The notes under the pieces: model-generated | The model's database searches: none | What the model was told of the DNA's origin: nothing | The model's input: the letters and a program-made list of their open reading frames with translations, nothing else | IMG/VR virus record: IMGVR_UViG_3300032040_000005 | Span: 9,936 to 73,935 of that record | Strand: one strand, 5' to 3' | Length of the DNA stretch: 64,000 nt | Source of the DNA: a virus | Lineage: Duplodnaviria; Caudoviricetes | Made by a program: the position numbers and the translations under genes | Part shown: positions 56,052-64,000 of the stretch, in pieces | How positions within the stretch are numbered: position 1 is the stretch's first letter | Layout: every line of letters begins with the position of its first letter

Positions 56052-56441
56052 ATGGAATACTTTCAACTAGATGATGCAGATTTTACAGGGTTCTCTCCTG
56101 AATCGTATACGGTACCATTAGACACCCGTGGTTACATTTACATGGTTCATGACTACACAGATCCTGATTTTATCAAGATTGGTCGAACCACTAATCTGCA
56201 CAAAAGGGTAACAAGTTACAACACAGACAGACCCAGAAACTCAGTGCAGATCGTCGCGGTCACAGGACTGTTCTCGGACGCTGTTGAAGTAGAGAAACGT
56301 ATTTTCTCAAGTATTAATACTTACCACGAAGCTGTACCCAGTAAAGGGACCAAGGAATGGTATGAGATAGCACTTAAAGAACGCTTCCTTACTCTAATGG
56401 CTCAGGCTGAGTCTTATTTTGAGATGGAGAAGGTAACCTAA
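56052..56441 (+). CDS. T5orf172/GIY-YIG-like nuclease-domain protein
   Basis: GYIYMV...FIKIGRT.N...R...VEKRI...KEWY. Confidence 0.75.
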   Translation: MEYFQLDDADFTGFSPESYTVPLDTRGYIYMVHDYTDPDFIKIGRTTNLHKRVTSYNTDRPRNSVQIVAVTGLFSDAVEVEKRIFSSINTYHEAVPSKGTKEWYEIALKERFLTLMAQAESYFEMEKVT

Positions 56442-56459
56442 CCGTACCCTACCGCTTAG

Positions 56460-56770
56460 AGAAAGTGAGGTAATGACTTGTAAGGTGTAGGCGAAGCCGA
56501 GAACCTTACAAGTCATTACAGTTAACTTATTTAGTTGATAAATAATTAATTAATAACTTCACACACTCCCCTACGCCCACCGCCTACGCCCACCGCCTGC
56601 GGCTAAGGCGTAGGGGAGTGTGAAGGCTTAGAGGTGTAGGGGTTCTCCGAACCCTATTGTGCATTCTTGCGAAGCTATTGCGGAGCGTCTTCGAGGCGAA
56701 GCCGAGAAGACAGGGGATAACACCTGGGGTCCGAAGGATCTCAGGGGGTATTCCCCCTATATAACTACGT
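56460..56770. other. Origin-like region: long inverted repeats, AT-rich spacer, cluster of GNA mini-hairpins
   Basis: 17-bp IR 56470-86/56503-19; AT tract 56521-56560; 16-bp IR 56562-77/56607-22; GC-GNA-GC-type hairpins; TCC hairpin at 56640. Confidence 0.5.
56640..56663 (+). promoter_or_regulatory. TCC-loop hairpin promoter-like site
   Basis: GGGTTC-TCC-GAACCC-TAT-TGTGCA. Confidence 0.6.
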
Positions 56771-56835
56771 CGTTCTGTGCAAATTCCTATGTAAATCAAC
56801 AACTTAAACCCTAAATTCAACCAAATGAGGTCATT

Positions 56836-57225
56836 TTGCCGACTACTATTCGATCAATTGATGACATGCCATTTCTTAAAGCCCGTCTTGGTAAAGCCCG
56901 ATCTGACCGTGTACGTTACGCGAGTCAGTCCGATACCACCAAACAGAAAAATACCACCAACGTTAAAAACACCGTCATTGATGCAATGCAATTCGTCAGC
57001 CCGCACGCAGCCGGTTGTAAAGTTGGCGATGTATTACAAGGTGCAGCAAACATGGATTACCAGTCCAAACCATTAAGCGTTTCACGTCTTTATAACATCC
57101 TGCAACAAGTAGAAATGGTCAACACCCGTGAAGTCATAAGCATGATGGGAATTGATCAACGTCAAGCACAACGTTATGTACGTGCTATTAAGTTTGCTAT
57201 GCCGCATATATCTTTATTGGTTTAG
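56836..57225 (+). CDS. Hypothetical protein with C-terminal HTH
   Basis: VNTREVISMMGIDQRQAQRYVRA; TTG start. Confidence 0.5.
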   Translation: MPTTIRSIDDMPFLKARLGKARSDRVRYASQSDTTKQKNTTNVKNTVIDAMQFVSPHAAGCKVGDVLQGAANMDYQSKPLSVSRLYNILQQVEMVNTREVISMMGIDQRQAQRYVRAIKFAMPHISLLV

Positions 57226-57288
57226 TGCTTACACTGTACGAAGCATTCAACTAAGATGGTTATCAAATAACTATCACAGAGAGATAAT

Positions 57289-57669
57289 ATGAGAAAATGC
57301 AAAACCATTAACTGTACCTGGGGTATACCTACTGATATTTCCGAAGACTTCTGTAGTGAGTGCCGCCCAAGAATTAACAAAGAATCTGCAAATGATAACG
57401 CAACAACATCAGGTGCAGACAATGATTATTGGGTAGCACACATCAAAGACCCAAAACGTGTAGAGCCTTGCAGTATTGAGTGTGATGATCTGATCGAACA
57501 CTTCCAGATGAACTACCAACAAGGTGAAGCCTTTAAAGCCCAATGGCGTGACGGCATGTTACGCATTGGTATGGGTAAACCTGGTGACAGTCACATACGC
57601 AATGCAGAAAAGGCACACTACTACGCAGGCCGCAACCTGGTCGTGGAACAGCGTAAACTCGATTCATAA
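57289..57669 (+). CDS. DUF3310-like protein with N-terminal zinc ribbon
   Basis: DLIEHFQMNYQQGEAFK..WR...EKAHYY. Confidence 0.55.
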   Translation: MRKCKTINCTWGIPTDISEDFCSECRPRINKESANDNATTSGADNDYWVAHIKDPKRVEPCSIECDDLIEHFQMNYQQGEAFKAQWRDGMLRIGMGKPGDSHIRNAEKAHYYAGRNLVVEQRKLDS

Positions 57670-57746
57670 CCCGTAAACCCCCCGCAGTAAACCCACCAGC
57701 CACTTTTGTGGCTATTTTTGTCGCTAAAATAAATAAGGACACTGTT

Positions 57747-58721
57747 ATGCGCAAATACCTGAACAACTTATCAGTGCCTCTTTCCATGGCCGTGTTCTTA
57801 GCAACGGATACTTACGACCACGATGAGGACACTATCTCAGTTACTACACTGATCAAACCTGTGCGCCAAGTTATATTGGCTGGACGTGTACCCGCGTCCC
57901 AGGGACTGGTTGATATTAGTGGTTTGGTTAAATCCCGTATGGGTACATCAATCCACGATGGTATTGAGCGTGCGTGGGTAAACAACAAAGACGCTGCTAT
58001 GAAAGCACTGGGTTACCCTCAACGCGTTATAGACCGTGTTGTTGTAAACCCTGACCCTGAAAAAGTCACCAAAGACCAGATTCCTGTGTATCTGGAAATC
58101 AGAACCAAGAAGAAAATAATGGGGCGCATTGTCTCGGGTAAGTTTGATTTTGTAGCAGAAGGCTCACTGGAGGATTTTAAATCAACGTCAGTGATGGCCT
58201 GGACAAAGAAAGACCGTGAGCTTAATTACAAACTACAGGGTTCCCTGTACCGATGGCTTAATCCAGAAATCATTACCGATGACACCATGGGTATTACGTT
58301 CCTGTTTACAGACTACCAAGCCTACCGGTCCAAGACTGATCCCGATTACCCACCACACGCAACGCCTCAGAAACGTATTCCACTGATGTCAGTGGAAGCC
58401 ACTGAAGAGTATGTGAAGTCCAAAATTCGGTTACTGGATCAACACCAGGATACGCCAGAAGAGAACCTACCTCTGTGCCCTGACGAAAGCCTATGGCGTA
58501 AGGAAACCGTCTACAAGTATTACAGCAACCCTGAGAAAACCCAACGGGCTACCAAAGATTTCAAGACCGATAAACAGGCTGCGTTACTACATGCAGCCAA
58601 AGCCGGTAAAGGTTTTGTGAAAGAAATCCCCGGCACTGTACTGGCGTGTAAATACTGCGATGCCTTCCCACTCTGCTCACAAAAAGACGCCCTCATAGCT
58701 GACGGCTCACTGACACTGTAA
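57747..58721 (+). CDS. PD-(D/E)XK exonuclease (N4 gp42-like)
   Basis: SGKFDFV...LEDFKST, YRWLNP and C-terminal CKYC..FPLCSQ. Confidence 0.75.
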   Translation: MRKYLNNLSVPLSMAVFLATDTYDHDEDTISVTTLIKPVRQVILAGRVPASQGLVDISGLVKSRMGTSIHDGIERAWVNNKDAAMKALGYPQRVIDRVVVNPDPEKVTKDQIPVYLEIRTKKKIMGRIVSGKFDFVAEGSLEDFKSTSVMAWTKKDRELNYKLQGSLYRWLNPEIITDDTMGITFLFTDYQAYRSKTDPDYPPHATPQKRIPLMSVEATEEYVKSKIRLLDQHQDTPEENLPLCPDESLWRKETVYKYYSNPEKTQRATKDFKTDKQAALLHAAKAGKGFVKEIPGTVLACKYCDAFPLCSQKDALIADGSLTL

Positions 58722-58735
58722 ACAAGGAATACCCA

Positions 58736-60925
58736 ATGACTGAAGAAACCCTTTCGATCCGTCCCTTTGAGGATATGGATCACCACCCAATGTCTGAAAA
58801 GTTAGTGGGTATTCTGTGTAATAAAACGCAGAACACAGACCCACTCTTCTTTCGTGTACTGGCCGCTTATTACTTCTCGGTAGTGGCCACCATGATGCGC
58901 TGCACCGTGAAGACTCACGAATCCAGGCACCCTATCCCTGTTAACCTCTATGCCATAAGTCTGGCTACATCGGGTGCTGGTAAAGGTAAATCCACATCCA
59001 TCATTGAAAACCAGATCATTGGGCAGTTCCGCGAACGTTTCACCGAAGAAACCTTTGAGATACTGGCTCAAGAGAATATTCCTAAGATTGCGTATGCACG
59101 CTCTATTCGTAAGCAGACCGATCCAGATGAAGAGCTGACCGCCGCTAATACAGAGTTCACAAACACCGGTCCCTTGGTGTTCAGCTTTGATAACACCACC
59201 GAAGCGGCACTCAAGCAGATGCGTCACAAATTGCTGATGGCAAACTCAGGTTCCATGAATCTTCAGATTGATGAGATTGGTTCTAACCTGACGGGTTCCG
59301 TGGAAGCATTGAACGCCTACCTGGAGTTGTACGACGTAGGTAAAATCAAACCTAAGCTCGTCAAGAATACCAGGGAGAACCTGCGTAACGAGGACATCCA
59401 AGGCATTACACCCACCAACATGATGTTGTTCGGTACACCCTCTAAGTTGCTCAACGGCAGCAAAGTAGAGGAAGAGTTCTACTCCATGCTGGACACAGGG
59501 TTTGCCAGACGGTGCTTTTTTGCTTACGCCAAAAACCACACACGGGACTTGGGACTTTCTGTGGATGATCTCTACGCACTCCTAACAGACTCAAGCTCTA
59601 ACGGTTCAATGGAGTCCATTGCGGATCACCTTGAAAACCTTGCTGACATCATCAACATCAAGAAAGTCATCGTGATGAGTGTCCGTGTCGCCAAGCTGTT
59701 TCTGCTGTACAAGTTGCAGTGTGAACGGTTAGCTGACGAGCTACCCGAGCACGAGGAAATGAAGAAAGCGGAAATCTCTCACCGTTACTTCAAAGCTATG
59801 AAGCTCGCAGGCACCTACGCGTTTGTGGACGATGCCACTGAGATCAGTGAACAGCATTTTGAAAACGCTGTGAAACTGGCTGAAGAATCAGGGGATGCTT
59901 TCACCAACCTGCTCGCACGTGATCGTAACTACGTCAAACTGGCTCGTTACATTGCTTGTGTAGGGCGTGAGGTTACTCAAGCTGATTTGGTTGAGGATCT
60001 GCCTTTCTACCCTAAAGCGGTTAACCAGCAACGTGACATGATGGCCCTGGCCATTGCTCACGGCTATCAGAACAACATCATTATCAAATCGATGTTCAAC
60101 GATGGTATCCAATTCCTACGGGGTGAAACTCTACAGAGGACCGACCTTTCAACCATGAAAGTCTCTTACAGCGGTGACATCGCTGTAGGGTATAGCAGTG
60201 TCAGAGGAGCTTTCAAAGACCTTCACACCATGGTTCAGGCACCAGGGGTACATTGGATCAATCACCACCTGAAAGCCGGTGACAAGGACGAAGGGCATCG
60301 TCAGGAAGACGACTGCATCCCAGGCTTCAACCTGGTTGTCATCGACGTAGATGGCGGTGTCAGCCTCGACAGTGCAAAGGCACTCCTGAAGGACTACAAG
60401 TTCTTGCTGTACACCACCAAGCGTCACGACCCAGCCGGTGAACATCGCTTCAGAATCATTTTCCCAATCAACTATGAGCTGAAGCTAGACGCCAAGGACT
60501 TCAAGGAGTTCATGACCAACGTGTACGCATGGCTTCCCTTTGAAGTGGATGATGGTACCAATCAGCGTGCTCGCAAGTGGATGTCCCACCCAGGGGGCTA
60601 CGAGTACAACGACGGGCTTTTGTTAGATGCCTTACCGTTCATACCCAAGACCTCTAAGAACGAAGAGCGTAAGCGCCTGGTCGATTCTCAGCAGTCTATG
60701 GACAACCTTGAGCGGTGGGTCATCAACACCACCGGTGACGGTAACCGTAACAACCAACTGATCAAGTATGCCTACATCCTGGTGGATGTTGGGTTTGATT
60801 TTGAAGGTGTGCGTACCCGCCTGTGTGATCTGAACGACAAGCTACCGGACAAACTCACGGAAGCTGAGCTCATGAGTACCATCATGATAACGGTCTCAAA
60901 AGCCTTAGCCAAACAAGTTTCTTAA
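58736..60925 (+). CDS. DNA primase (N4 gp43-like)
   Basis: SGAGKGKS, VIDVDG, YTTKRH...RFRII and TGDGNRNNQL. Confidence 0.8.
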   Translation: MTEETLSIRPFEDMDHHPMSEKLVGILCNKTQNTDPLFFRVLAAYYFSVVATMMRCTVKTHESRHPIPVNLYAISLATSGAGKGKSTSIIENQIIGQFRERFTEETFEILAQENIPKIAYARSIRKQTDPDEELTAANTEFTNTGPLVFSFDNTTEAALKQMRHKLLMANSGSMNLQIDEIGSNLTGSVEALNAYLELYDVGKIKPKLVKNTRENLRNEDIQGITPTNMMLFGTPSKLLNGSKVEEEFYSMLDTGFARRCFFAYAKNHTRDLGLSVDDLYALLTDSSSNGSMESIADHLENLADIINIKKVIVMSVRVAKLFLLYKLQCERLADELPEHEEMKKAEISHRYFKAMKLAGTYAFVDDATEISEQHFENAVKLAEESGDAFTNLLARDRNYVKLARYIACVGREVTQADLVEDLPFYPKAVNQQRDMMALAIAHGYQNNIIIKSMFNDGIQFLRGETLQRTDLSTMKVSYSGDIAVGYSSVRGAFKDLHTMVQAPGVHWINHHLKAGDKDEGHRQEDDCIPGFNLVVIDVDGGVSLDSAKALLKDYKFLLYTTKRHDPAGEHRFRIIFPINYELKLDAKDFKEFMTNVYAWLPFEVDDGTNQRARKWMSHPGGYEYNDGLLLDALPFIPKTSKNEERKRLVDSQQSMDNLERWVINTTGDGNRNNQLIKYAYILVDVGFDFEGVRTRLCDLNDKLPDKLTEAELMSTIMITVSKALAKQVS

Positions 60926-60941
60926 TTCCTTAATCGTATAG

Positions 60942-60965
60942 GGGTGCTCCGCACCCTTCTGCGAA
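60942..60965 (+). promoter_or_regulatory. TCC-loop hairpin promoter-like site
   Basis: GGGTGC-TCC-GCACCC-TTC-TGCGAA. Confidence 0.6.
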
Positions 60966-60992
60966 TTTGTCACAATTTTTCGGGACCATATT

Positions 60993-61727
60993 ATGAAACA
61001 AGAATTAGTTAACGATTACCTAGTCTTATTGATGGGTGAATCCGCGTCAGGCAAGTCTGCCTCACTCAGAGATCTTAAAAACCCAGAAGGGGTTATGTAT
61101 TTGAACACGGAAGCAGGGAAACGCTTACCCTTCCGAGCCAAATTCAAGTCTTTTAAAATCACAGACCCGTTCCAGATTATCGAGGCGTTTGCAGAAGCTG
61201 AGAACATGCCTGACATACATACCATTGTCATAGACAGTATGACGTTCATGTTGGATATGTTTAAATCGTTGTACGTCCGTAACTCCACCAACGGTATGAA
61301 AGCTTGGGACGACTTTGCAGAGTTCTTTAAGGACTTAATGCAGCAAAAAGTAGCCGCATCCACCAAGAACGTTTTGTTCACTGCCCACACGCTGGACACA
61401 TACAACGAAACCAAGATGTGTATGGAAACCAAGATTGCAGTTCCTGGCTCACTCAAGAACAATGGACTGGAATCTTACTTTTCTTTGTGCATCGCCACCA
61501 AGAAAATGAAAGTAACAGACCTGGCTAAATACAAATCAGACCTGTTAACCATCACACCGCAAGAAGAAGCACTGGGCATTAAGTACGTGTACCAAACACA
61601 ATTAACCAAATCCACAGTGAATGAACGTATCCGTGGTCCTATGGGTATGTTTGATGAAAACGAAACGTTTATAGATAACAATATGCAACTGGTCTTTGAT
61701 CGGCTGCACGAATATTATAGTGACTGA
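60993..61727 (+). CDS. Sak4-like AAA ATPase (N4 gp44-like)
   Basis: GESASGKS, LNTEAGK, IVIDS and RGPMGMF. Confidence 0.8.
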   Translation: MKQELVNDYLVLLMGESASGKSASLRDLKNPEGVMYLNTEAGKRLPFRAKFKSFKITDPFQIIEAFAEAENMPDIHTIVIDSMTFMLDMFKSLYVRNSTNGMKAWDDFAEFFKDLMQQKVAASTKNVLFTAHTLDTYNETKMCMETKIAVPGSLKNNGLESYFSLCIATKKMKVTDLAKYKSDLLTITPQEEALGIKYVYQTQLTKSTVNERIRGPMGMFDENETFIDNNMQLVFDRLHEYYSD

Positions 61728-61788
61728 TTCTCAACTCAGTGAACTAAACACGTAAACCAAACCAAACCAAAACTTAAAGGTAATTATT

Positions 61789-62529
61789 ATGTCACTTCTA
61801 GCCAATGTTAAAACCGACTCTACCATCAATGCTGAAACCGATTTCATCGGTGGCGGCGGTGTATGGGAATCCGGTCTGTACCCTTTTGAAATCACCATGG
61901 CTTACCTGGAAAAGAAAGTATCCGGTGCCCTGTTCCTGAACATCGACATTAAGAGCGACCAAGGTAAAACTCACCGCGAAAACTTGTGCCTGGCTTCAGG
62001 TGATGCCAAAGGCAACAAGAACTTCTACGAAAATGCCAAGGGCGAGCGTAACTACCTGCCAGGCTTTAACACCGCAAACAGTATTGGCCTGCTGTGTGCC
62101 GGTAAAGAAGTGAGTGAGTTGGATACCGAAATGAAACTGATCGGTGTGTACAACTTTGAAGCCAAGAAAGAAATCATGACTGAAAAAGAAGTTGTGACCG
62201 AGTTGCTGGGCAAGCGCGGCGTAGCCGGTGTACAGAAGCAGATCGTTGATAAGAACGCCAAAGGCGATGACGGTAAGTACCACGCCACCGGTGAAGTTCG
62301 TGAAACCAACGAGATCAACAAGGTGTTCCGTGAGAAGGATCTGCTGACCACGGCTGAAATCATTGCTCAAGCAGAAGAGCCTAAGTTCTACCACATCTGG
62401 GACGGTAAATTTACCGGTGTCACCCTGAACAAAGCCTCTGCCGCGAACGATGCCAACGGTGCTTCAGGTGCTCCCAAAGCAGTCGCCGGTGCCAGCACTA
62501 AGCCTAAGCAGTCACTCTTCGGTAACTAA
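61789..62529 (+). CDS. ssb: Single-stranded DNA-binding protein (N4 gp45-like)
   Basis: NYLPGF, NEINKVF and C-terminal SLFG; synteny. Confidence 0.8.
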   Translation: MSLLANVKTDSTINAETDFIGGGGVWESGLYPFEITMAYLEKKVSGALFLNIDIKSDQGKTHRENLCLASGDAKGNKNFYENAKGERNYLPGFNTANSIGLLCAGKEVSELDTEMKLIGVYNFEAKKEIMTEKEVVTELLGKRGVAGVQKQIVDKNAKGDDGKYHATGEVRETNEINKVFREKDLLTTAEIIAQAEEPKFYHIWDGKFTGVTLNKASAANDANGASGAPKAVAGASTKPKQSLFGN

Positions 62530-62534
62530 AACCC

Positions 62535-62570
62535 GAGTCAGACTGCTTCGGTAGTCTGGCTCACTTTTCT
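62535..62570 (+). terminator. Rho-independent terminator
   Basis: GAGTCAGACTGC-TTCG-GTAGTCTGGCTC followed by TTTT. Confidence 0.75.
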
Positions 62571-62584
62571 ATGAAGGAGGTAAT

Positions 62585-62752
62585 ATGCCTGAACAAGAAG
62601 TGCTTACAGAAGATATGACAGCGTTCCTGAATAAGTTGCAGGACTCTGGAATCATCAATATGTATGGGGCACTACCGTACCTCGAAACCAACTTTTCCTT
62701 ATCCAAAGAAGACGCCGTAACAGCGTTTACTGAATGGATGCACTCTTTTTGA
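62585..62752 (+). CDS. Small hypothetical protein
   Basis: AAGGAGG RBS; LQDSGIINMYGALPYL; 55 aa. Confidence 0.6.
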   Translation: MPEQEVLTEDMTAFLNKLQDSGIINMYGALPYLETNFSLSKEDAVTAFTEWMHSF

Positions 62753-63006
62753 TGCCGAGTAACCTAAAGCTCTACCAGTGCATTAAACAAGTACACGCTG
62801 AGCCTATGACCTTCGGTAATTTCTCAGTGTCCATTCGCAAAGTGCGTGACATGGGGCAGATTGATCCCACCACGCCTGGCTTTCACGTTGTTTACAGCCT
62901 GGGTACACAGGATGAGTACCACTCCTGGTCACCCAGGCAGGCGTTTGACGAGGGTTACATTTACCTACCCGCTAACACTAAAAAGCCGCCAGGTAAGCTC
63001 TCATGA
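62752..63006 (+). CDS. Hypothetical protein
   Basis: KQVHAEPM...PGFHVVY...YHSWSPRQAFDEGY. Confidence 0.6.
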   Translation: MPSNLKLYQCIKQVHAEPMTFGNFSVSIRKVRDMGQIDPTTPGFHVVYSLGTQDEYHSWSPRQAFDEGYIYLPANTKKPPGKLS

Positions 63007-63027
63007 ACCATGACTAAAGGTATTTGA

Positions 63028-63525
63028 ATGGAAGGTTACCTAGCCATAGACCCAGGCGTAAGCGGTGCTCTGGTTATTGTGAACGCACACAACAAGATCG
63101 TTGACCACCTGCTGATGCCCACCATTAAGGTGGGTACAAAGAACAGGGTTAACGCCGCTGCCATCGGTGCCTGGCTGTCGCAGTGGCCAGGGCTTTCGCA
63201 CGCTTACCTGGAACGAGTCCACTCCATGCCCAAAGACGGAGGTGCTGCTGCATTCACCTTCGGTCACGCTGCGGGCATTGTAGAAGGCATTGTTGTAGGT
63301 GCTGGCGTGCCGCTTACCCTGGTCACACCACAAGCGTGGAAGAAACACCACGGCCTCATAGGCACCGAGAAAGACGCAGCCAGATCCAGAGCTATACAGC
63401 TCTATCCTGATTTCAGATTGTTGGATCTTAAAGGCAAAGGCCAAGCCGTGTCTGACGCCATTATGATTGCACTTTATGGAATCCACTCCCAAAAACTGAA
63501 CACCCCTCAAGAGATCCCGTTATGA
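63028..63525 (+). CDS. RuvC-like Holliday junction resolvase
   Basis: LAIDPGVSGA, YLERV, FTFG, VTPQAWKK and DAIMIA. Confidence 0.85.
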   Translation: MEGYLAIDPGVSGALVIVNAHNKIVDHLLMPTIKVGTKNRVNAAAIGAWLSQWPGLSHAYLERVHSMPKDGGAAAFTFGHAAGIVEGIVVGAGVPLTLVTPQAWKKHHGLIGTEKDAARSRAIQLYPDFRLLDLKGKGQAVSDAIMIALYGIHSQKLNTPQEIPL

Positions 63526-63926
63526 AAATCCAAGTTACTATGAACCAACAAGCCATCACAGAAGCCATCCGCGACTACGTGGTTAAGAACGGCATGACCA
63601 GCCCCGTACAGGATGTTGAGTTCACCGTCACCCGTAAAGGCGGGACCAGTATCAGTGCTGAAGTTATCCTCGGTAACGACGCTGTTACAACCGGCGTAGG
63701 CCAGGCAAAACCAGGTGCGGATAAGACAGTCGTAAGCAAACGTCCCCCTGCTGCCGCCAAAACACCCGTAGAACCTGTGAAGGAGCCTGAAGTAGAAACT
63801 CCTGAAGTAGCTGAAGTGCCTGCACCGGTTGAAGCTGAAGAGAAGCCACCGTTTGACGTAGACGACGAAGCTGAAAACGACAGCACTAAAGAAGAACCGG
63901 CATTGAGTAAGAAGTTGTTTGGTTAA
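63522..63926 (+). CDS. Conserved N4-like hypothetical protein
   Basis: MKIQVTM.Q..I..AI N-terminus, low-complexity acidic tail. Confidence 0.6.
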   Translation: MKIQVTMNQQAITEAIRDYVVKNGMTSPVQDVEFTVTRKGGTSISAEVILGNDAVTTGVGQAKPGADKTVVSKRPPAAAKTPVEPVKEPEVETPEVAEVPAPVEAEEKPPFDVDDEAENDSTKEEPALSKKLFG

Positions 63927-63938
63927 TAGGTGGATTCT

Positions 63939-64000
63939 ATGACACTTCTAAAAGCAATAGGTACAGGTGTAATCGCTGCATTGATTACGGCCCTCGCATT
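63939..64000 (+). CDS. Start of a small membrane protein (partial)
   Basis: MTLLKAIGTGVIAALITALA; runs off the window. Confidence 0.45.
   Translation, partial: MTLLKAIGTGVIAALITALA

Noticed and set aside
63174-63181. Fifth GCTGTCGC octamer
   Set aside because: Inside the resolvase CDS and lacks the downstream AnAnCArT consensus.

Overview
About 64 kb of a circularly permuted N4-like (Schitoviridae-type) podophage genome. It holds the 5' end of the giant virion RNA polymerase gene, the ejection/capsid/portal/terminase block (- strand), a probable genome-end junction near 19.2 kb, and early and middle genes (+ strand): two-subunit RNAPII, ligase, AAA/VWA pair, Dda helicase, family A DNA polymerase, ThyX, class II RNR, primase, SSB. 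The main result is a central island that N4-like phages normally lack. It contains a P4-family tyrosine integrase with an excisionase, an attP-like site and a lambdoid-type accessory block. Next to it is a complete diversity-generating retroelement (DGR): RT 44870-45829, TR 45945-46060 and VR 46136-46251. TR and VR differ at 22 positions, all TR adenines. The VR lies at the 3' end of a 1212-aa tail fibre gene, and no avd gene is visible. The inference is a temperate, tropism-switching N4-like phage. Other notable items: two Ala-initiated class-3-like inteins in TerL, two families of hairpin promoter-like motifs, a highly structured 320-nt intergenic region, an origin-like cluster of GNA hairpins, and a small alarmone hydrolase. 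Family assignments come from motifs recognised by eye; no database searches were run.
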